Source of the DNA: Silvanigrellaceae bacterium
GTDB lineage: Bacteria > Bdellovibrionota_B > Oligoflexia > Silvanigrellales > Silvanigrellaceae
DNA length: 52,266 nt
Direction: 5' to 3'
Assembly (NCBI GenBank): GCA_049423385.1
Contig: JBMSQQ010000008.1
Location: 1 to 52,266, forward strand
Positions within the stretch are counted from its first letter, which is position 1. Each line of letters begins with the position of its first letter. The notes under the pieces were generated by a model. The model did not search any database and was not told the DNA's origin. It was given only the letters and a program-made list of their open reading frames with translations. The translations under genes and the position numbers were made by a program. This document shows positions 1-9,000 of the stretch, one piece after another.

Positions 1-3000
1 TCGCATTGGCATTGATCTTGGGAGCCTGGTTGACCTTGTCGACCCAAATACTGACCGTTGCTTCTGCAGATGTGCTGAGTCCTGCAACGGGTGTTGTCGC
101 GTTGGCATCAACAATATTGTCAGTCGCCACCAATTTGAATGCTTCAAGTGCAGCTTCTGTGGCACCGCTGTAACTATGAGCCTCAGCCACTGGTCTCCAG
201 ACAAAGCGCTCACCGGGGCCGACCACAGGTATAGGAATAAGAGGGCTTCCGGGAGTGTAGCTGTTGCTGCCAATTGTGAGTGTACCTGAACGAATCTCAG
301 TGAATCGGAAATACACAGGCTGGTCATCAGCGTCTGCAGCATTGGTGGCTGCGCGCAATGTTGCATAATCAATATATGCCGGAATATTTTGCTTGGTATA
401 TCCGTTGCCGGACGTGCCGCTGCCCATTGAAACGGTCGTTGTGATCGTCGGCTTTTGATTGTTGCCGTTGATCATCACCCGTACTTCGACAGCCTGCGCA
501 CTGAATGCTTCTGGATTGCCAATATCCACTGCACGCACGGTCATCACGTTATACTCGCCCAGCGCATTGCGGGGCGGATCCCAAGCCAAAATCTGTGTCG
601 TCGACGCATCTGTGTCAGTGTCACTGAAGACAATCCGCGGACGTTTAGCTTGGCTTGCCGCGTTCGGACTTGTCGCCTTGTCGTTGCCCAAATACAGATT
701 TCCCGAATTCACGCTCTCGATGATGTATTGAATGTCATCAAGGTTTGTCGTCTCTACATCTTGAACAGCGACAGCTGCTTTAATATCCGAATATTTGAAG
801 ATGAATGCTGAATTTTGGGCTGCATCCGTTCTCGTTGTGTATTTGATGGTTTGTGTACCACTCTTGTTCGCCGGAGCCGAGAGTTGAATCCTATCTGATG
901 ACTTACTAATCACTGTCGCGTTGAATGGAATGCCGTCTCCAGACACATTCATGCCCAAATCAATATCTTTCGTATCGGAAATATTTGTTATGAAGTCTGA
1001 ATTGGTTGTTATGGTTCCAGTCAGAGAAAATGTTGACATTTCAACTCGCAATTTTGCTGTACCCACGATCACCGGAGAATCATTCACCGCAACCACATTC
1101 ACCACAACGCGCTTGCTGTCCACACTGAAACCGCCCGCGGAATCGAGCAACCTGATGTCGAACGCAGCGATGGAGCCATTCTGATTCAACGCAGGAGTCC
1201 ACACCACGGATTCACCTGGCTGAATCACCACAGGGCTTGCGGGCAGAATCGCGGGGTCGACTGACACGCCGTTCTTCTTGAACGAAGAATTGTTGGGTGA
1301 TGGGACGAATTCAGGCACATTGGGGGTTCCGGGAGCCGCAACAATCGCATAGCTCAACAGACCCGGTTCCTTCACTGAATCCAGTCCAGGGAATGCAGTT
1401 CTGAGCATTTCATGCGTGATGACCAATCCAGAGTCTTCGGTACCACTGTCCGGAAGAGGAAGAACCGGCAGCGTATTTGCAAAGTATGGCAGATTGTTCA
1501 CCGAATTGACCTGCACAGTGACGGGCAACTCGGCCACACTTTCGCCACCTGCACTGTCGCGCGCCACAATGGTGAACGCAGTGAGTATTCCGTTGGAATC
1601 CACATCCGGAGTCCAGCGCCACTTTTCGCCCGTTTGTCCGGCGGGTACAGCTTGAATGTCGTCGACATTGGCACTCACCGTTGCCCAACCACCGCCACTG
1701 ACGCTCTTTTCCAGCGTTCCGCTGACCTTGGATTTGACGCGGAACATCAGCGTTTGAGTGGATTGGCCCACTTCGACGTCGGTTGCATTCGTCAATGACA
1801 ACAGCTTCGCATGGTCGAATACAAGGCAGGTCTTTGGTGTTGATGATTCACAGGTATTGATATTCGGAGCCAAGCCTGCCACCGAACTGAATTCACTGAT
1901 GGCATCGGTACCCTTGAACTCGGGTGCAACACTCATCTGCGGAATCTGGTTCACAGCATCAAGAGTCAGTTTAACCGTGACTTCAGTTGAAGAATATCCG
2001 GTGTTGCCGGCATCCACCGTTCCGTCGAACGCGCGCATCTTGAAGATGACCGGGTCACCATTTGTGTTGTTGAGGTACTGGTTTGGAACAAAAACCATGT
2101 CTTCGTTTTGGCCCAAGCGTGCATCGGCCGGAGCCGCTACTGTCACCGAGGTGAACGGCATGATGGTTGTGCCGTTCTTTTTCAGAACACCGTTCTGCAC
2201 ATCCGTCACAACAAACCAGGTGGTTTCGCTGTCGGGGTCGGCTTGCAATCCGGCCTGGGTCTTCAGCGTGGTCCAGGAAATCGTGTAGGGTTCGTTTTCT
2301 TTGGCATTGCCAAGAGTCACGTTGGCATTGTTCAGCACGGGGCTCACGTTCACGCCTTGCACGTCCACCCGGTAGGTACCCATGCTCACGCTCGGGATGG
2401 ACGCAATCGGAGTCAACGCACCGGAGCGATCCCAGACTGTCACGCTCACTGCGTTGAACACGCCTGTTTTGTTGGAGGGTGGCGTCCAGAAGAGGTACTC
2501 GCCCGGGCCAACACTGGCTCCCACTCCTACCGTCACCGCACCGGTTCCTGTGGGATCAGTTCCCTTTTTCAATTGCTGGCCTTGGCCAATTTGCTCGACC
2601 TTGAAAAGAACCTTCGCGTATTTGCTGGCGGGTGTGGCGGCAGCAGGATCGGGCGACACAGGAACATCGACCACATCCGGATCTGCCACCTGCAGGTCCT
2701 GGGCCAGTTCAAGGAACGAAATGCTGGTCGTTCCGTTTCGAGGACCTGATTTTGGAGTCACATTTTGCGACAGCAATGTTGGAGGTTGATTGACCGGTGC
2801 AACATTCACCTGCACGAGACAATCGCTCGAAGAAGCCTGATTGTCGTAGGCCTTCATCACGAATGCGTCGAGTGCCTGCGCACCCACACCATTTTTCTCG
2901 GCGGCCGGCTTCCAACTGATCCACTCGCCTGGGCTCACCAACAATGGCGTGCCGAACACTGCGGGTGTGTAGGTCGTGCTTCCAACCTTCAAGGTTCCCG

Positions 3001-6000
3001 TCTTGAGTTCGGTGATTTGCAGATACAGAGGAGTTTCATCCTGATCTGCAGCTCGCGAAGCTTTCAACAAAGTGTCGTAGGTGATGAGCAGCGGCACGTT
3101 CTGTGACGTACCCACAGTTGTCGCGCCACCCTGTTCGAGTGTTTGCTCACCCAATCTGATGGAACTCAAAATCGTCGGCACATAATTCGAACCTGTGACC
3201 GTGACCTTCACATCCCGAGCAGTAGCAGTGTACTCGCCATCCTTGTCGCGCGCACGCACTCTCATGATGAGGAAGTCGCCAGTGGCGTTCTTGGGCGGTG
3301 TCCAGTTGAAGTCGGTTGCCTTGGTTCCGCTTGGCAGGGCCGAAACCAAAATCCCCTTGTTGGGAAGAGCAATGTTGGCAATGTTGTTTGCAGATGCCGG
3401 GTCGGACACGCAGGCATTGGTGCTGCCCAGGCACAACGTACCCGAGTTCACGCTTTCAACATAATATTCGATATCATCGTTTGCATTTTCCACATCGAAA
3501 ACAGGCAAAACAGCCCTCACCGCGGCAAAGCTGATCGGATAACCGGCAGACTGGTTTTTGGTCGCATTCACCTGAAGCTGAGCCACGTTGCCGGCATTCG
3601 TGAAATAAGGCTGGTCATTCACGGCTGCCACTGCAACCTCAACATTCTTGCTCGCAACACTTACGCCGGGAGTGACCGGATTGTTGTCGCGCAGCTTGAC
3701 CGTAAAGGCCGTAATCAAGCCAGCGGGGTTGTCGGTGGTCTTGCTGTTGTCCGAATTTTTGTTTGCACTGGGCGTCCAGGTCACGCTTTCACCCGGGAAC
3801 ACAAATGCGGGCGGAACAACCTGTGTTCCAGCTTTCAACAGCGTACCGTTATTGTTGTCCACGGCAGTGATCTGATAAGTGAGCGTTTCACCGGATTCCA
3901 CATCCGTCCCGGGATACGCATCCTTGATCATTTGGTAGCTGATGACAAAAGGAATGTCCTCACGCGCACCTGAAACGAAAGTTGAGCTGGCGCTGAATAC
4001 AGGCAGATTGTTCACGGCCGAGGTGTTGATGTAAACCGGAATCGGCTGCTGACTGCTGGCATTGTCGGTGTCGTATGCAACGATACTGAAAGCATTCAAA
4101 AGGCCATTGGCATTCAATGCAGGTTCCCAGGCCAATCTATCGGCAAGGTCAATCACCGATTCGGCGCCGAGGGTTTGATCATACGTGTAAGGTGCACCGC
4201 CCGAGGTGTTGGAAGCACGCTTGAGCAAGCCACTGTTGATGCTCGCAACCTTGAAGCGCAAGTTCTTCGTTGGCGCCAAAAGTGATTCTTCGTAGTCGTA
4301 GGCATCGGTTTTGTCGCGCAGGTTGTAATATGTGAATTCGTACGGCTGGTTTTGCGTTGCACCCGTGAGGCTCTGCACCGAATTCAGGGTCGGGATTTGG
4401 TTCAATCGCGCAAGCTTGATGGTCACTTCTGCTTCGTCTGTGGATGCCGCAAATCCATCCCAGGCGCGCACGCGGAAAACGGGCAGATTGTCACCATTCA
4501 GGTACTGGGTTGGTATGTAAACCAGTGTTTCATTCAAGTTGAACAAGTTGTTGCCCGTGGGCGGAATGAGGTTTGGCGTCGGCGCGGCGCTCAGTTGTTT
4601 CGCACCAACCATCAGCTTGCCGTTTGAGATTGAAGTCACGACAAAAGAAGTCACTGCACTGTCTTCATCGGTGATGCCCAAGGCCGTTTGCAGAGCATTG
4701 AAGCTGATGACGTAGGGAGTGTCCTGCACGCCATCGTTGTAGTACTTGGCAAAGCTTGTCAGCTTGGGCGCAACGTTGCTGCCCGACACAGTGATGCTCA
4801 CTTTGCCGGTGGTCGCACTGGGGGAATTGCTGCTGTCGAAGACGCGCACGTTGAAGGCATCGTAGGTCAGTGCGCCATTATAGGGTGGTCGCCAGAAAAT
4901 CGATTTGTTCTGGGTCACAGTGTCGTTGCCAGCCGAAAGAGCCTGGGCAGAACCGGATGTGGCGCCAATCCTCAGATACTGTCCACTGAGAACCTCGGTC
5001 ACCTTGAAGTTGATGCTGTCGTATTTGGTTGGGCTTGTTGCAACGTCCAATGCAGGATTGATGTCTTCTTCGTCGCGCACATTCAAAGCCTGTGCCAACT
5101 GATTGAACGTGATTTGGTATTCCTTGTTGCGCAGGCCATCGGGGAACAATGCGGTTCCATTCAAGACGGGTGCCTGGTTCACAGCCTGAACATTGACCTT
5201 CACCAAACTCGTACCAATGGTGCGGTCTGTGTTGTTGTTGCCGCCGGAAAGATCGACGTTGTCATAGGCCTTGAACCGGAATGCACTCGGAGCAGAACCA
5301 TCTTCACCCTTGGCTGCTGCATCCGGATAAGAAGCCGGGTACCATGTGAGTTTTTCACCCGGAGCCAAACGCAACACGCCGGCTGCGTTTCCTTCCGGAT
5401 AATCACCCACCGCGTAGTCGGTTCCCGCGATGTTCACGCGGCCACTTTCCACCCGGGTGATTTGCAGGAATACCGTCGAAAGATCGGTGTCCTGAACATT
5501 TCCCGCCGTCTTCAACGTTTCATATGAAATCACAAGGGGAGTGTTTTGTGTGGTTCCAGCAGCGCGATTGCTGCTGCTTCCGAGTGTGAAGCCTGCATTC
5601 AACGTGGGTGGAGCATTGCTGCCGGTCACGTCGATACGAACTTCGTGCGTTTCTGCGCTGAAATCGGTGCCATCCCAGGCGCGAACCGTCATCACGAGGA
5701 AGGTCTGGTTGAATGCGTTGAGCGGTGGCGTCCAGTTCAACGACGATGCCGTTGTGCTCAGGTTTCCACCCGCTGAAATCAGCATCGGCTTGCCTGTGGT
5801 CACGACAGGACCCGTCTGGAACTGGCCCAAGCGGAGTGTGCCCGAACCCACGCTTTCAATGCGGTATTGAATATTGTCAACGTTCGCGGTTTCCACGTCT
5901 GTAGCGGGCACAGCGGCCTTGATGTGTGCATAGCTAATCCAATAGCCGGTCGAAGTTCCATCGTTTTTGGCTGCTGGCGGAGTGATCTTCGAAACTGTGC

Positions 6001-9000
6001 CAACCACCGGAATGTCGTTCACGGGAGCCAACATCACCTTCACAGGCAGGGCTGAAACGCTGTCGGCAAGTCCGTCGTTCACAACCACCGTGAATGCCGT
6101 GTGGCCTGCTGCCTTGTTCAACGTTGAAGTGTTCTCGTTCGCAGGAGGCAACCAAAACCAGGTTTCTCCCGGAGCCAGCAAATCACCTGCAGCAACCGGT
6201 ACGCTCATGCCGCTGCGATACAGTGTTCCATCGGCAGTGGCCACAAACTTGAATTTGAGCACATCGCCGTCAACATCATTCGGAGCGCCCGCAGCAAACA
6301 GCGTTTCATAATTGAAGGCAAAAACCTTGTCTTCGATGCCATTGAAGGTATCAATGGCCAGTGGACCCGGTGCACCCTTGCCCAGGGTTGGAACGTTGTT
6401 TACGGATTCAACCTTCACCGTCACGGGCGTTGAAACCGGATTCAATCCGGATGCAGCATCACCATCGAAAGGTTGAATGCCAAAGGCTTGAATCGCGCCG
6501 TGCGCCAATGCAGGTGCCTTCCAACGCCATTTGGAGGCATATCCAGCGCCCAGCGTGTCGCCTGTTCCTGTTGAAACGGGTTGCCACGTGCTGTTGACTT
6601 CAAACTCAAGGGTTCCCTGAACGGGAATTGTCGAACTCAATCGGAAACGGATTGTTTCGTTCAGGTCGGGATCCGAGGCGTTTGTCGCCGCCTGCAATTG
6701 CGCTGTGGTGATTTCATAGAAGGTGTCTTCGTAAGCGCGATCCGTTCCCGCTCCAGCAAGAATCGGTGTGGTGTTGATGACCGGAACGCGGTTGACACGA
6801 TCAACCTGAACCTTGAGCGTGACGAGGGACTCGTCGACACCCGCCGTCGTGACATTGTCTTCGCTGTATTTTTCGCCATCAAAGACTTTCACGGTGAACG
6901 CACTGAGCTCGCCATAAAGTTGTGCCGGCGGATTCCACAGCAGTGTTTCGCCTGGGCCCACTTCGGTTTCAGCCGTAATCAGAGTCGTGCCCTTGTAAAG
7001 TTTGCTCTGCACTCCCGACGTGGAAATACCAGGCGACACAAAGAAACGCAGCGTTGCGCCTTCTGCATCCAAAGCACCCGTCGCAGAAAGCAGTTCGTTG
7101 TAGCCTATCGAACGCGACAGATCCTGCTTTGCGTTGCCCAGAACCTGGGGCGTTGCAGATGCAAAGTAAGGAGCCGCATTGCTGCCTGCAATGTCGAAAC
7201 TCAACATCGCCGTCGATGGACTCATCAATCCTTCATCATCATACGCACGGAAGCGCACACCCTGATAAATGCCCAACGCATTCAATGGCGGTTTCCACTG
7301 CATTTCGTCGCAGGGCAAGAAGACAGCTCCGACGGCCACTTTCACTGGCGCGTCCGTGCCGACCTTGCGATACAATTCACCGCTTGGAATATCGATAACC
7401 TTGAAAGATGCATTGGGAGATTCGGCACAGCTGCCATTCGCCGGAACCTTCACATTTTCGACGTCGGCGTAGCTCAACACCTGAGCCAATTGGATTTGTG
7501 TCAGCGTCAGGGTGACATTCTTTGCCGCAGCAATCGTGTTTGCTGTGATTACGCTCGGTGCGTGGTTGATGGGTTGAATCACGACCTGCAAGTTGGCAAC
7601 GGTCACGCTTTCCAATGCACCATCGAATGCCTGAACAGCAAAAGCAGTGAGAACACCATCAGTGTGGAGCGGTGGCAACCAGACGAGTGCGTCGCCAGGC
7701 TGAACCCTCGCCTTGTCACCCAACGACAAAATCGTTGAACCCTTGCTCAAGGTTCCCAAAGTTGCAACACCGGAATTGTCTGCAACTGGTGCCACCTTGA
7801 ATTCGTAAGTCGAACCATCGACGTCTGAAAGGTACGGGCGCAATTTCGAAAGCAGTGCGTCATACGTCAGCACGAACGGAATATCTTCCATCGCACCCTG
7901 AATCCGATCAACCACACCCAACCCGTTCGGTGGCAACGTAATGACTGGAGCGTCATTCTGCGCCAACAAGTCAACGTTCACGCTGGATGAATTTGCGGTG
8001 GTCAACGAGTCCGAACCCTTGTCGTCGCGAAGCTTCAAGTAAAAAGCAGAGATTTGTCCATAGGCATTCGTGGGTGGTTGCCATTCTATTGTTGTTGTGG
8101 CGCTTGTGATTTCTGTACCGGGTGTTGCAAGGACTCCATTCAAGAGCAACTGCGATCCAACAGCAACACTGTCAACGACAAACTTGTGTTTGAAAGTCTT
8201 GTTTGGATCCGGACTTGCAAGCACCTCATCGTCGACGTCCGATTTTGTTGCTGCAAAGTAAAGCTGGGAAAATGTCAGTTTTACGGGTGTGTCTTCTTTG
8301 ATTGCAACTCCATCCTTGTCCAGCGACAGGGTCGAGAAAGCTCCCAAAACCGGAACATCGTTCACTGCCGAAACATTGAACGCTACAGGCACAAACTGCG
8401 CTGCATTGGCCACACCATTTTCTTCTGCGCTGTCGAGTCGTCCATCGAAGACGGAAACCGTGAAACCAACGCGTGCAGGGTCAAAGTCATTGAGGACAGG
8501 CGTCCAGGTGAGAACATCTCCAGGGCCAACCAACACACCGCTGCCAGACAACATTCCAGCAGTGATCACCGTGTCACCCTTCTTCAGTTCACCCGATTTG
8601 AGTTCACGAATGCGGAAAACCAGCGCGTTGTTGTCGAGATCTGCCGCATTCGATGCAGACAACAGGTCTTCGTATTTCAAAGTATAGAATGTGTCCTCGC
8701 GAGCCCCTTGCAGAACCGAAACAGAAGTCAGTGTTGGCTTGCGATTGTCGCGAGCTTGAACCTCAAATCGATACGTTGCCGTGCTGCGGCTGTAGAGGCC
8801 GTCCACATCGCGCGCCCTGACAATCAAAGCATCTGCAATGCCGAGACGATCAGAGGGTGCCGTCCACGCCCACGACTGACCAGGCTCAAGTGTCGTTTCG
8901 CCTGGAAGAACCAACTCTCCATTTTTACGCAACACACCAAAGTCGACACGCTCTATCACAAGAACAGGCTTGCCCTTGCGGTACTCGGCGATCGGCACCG

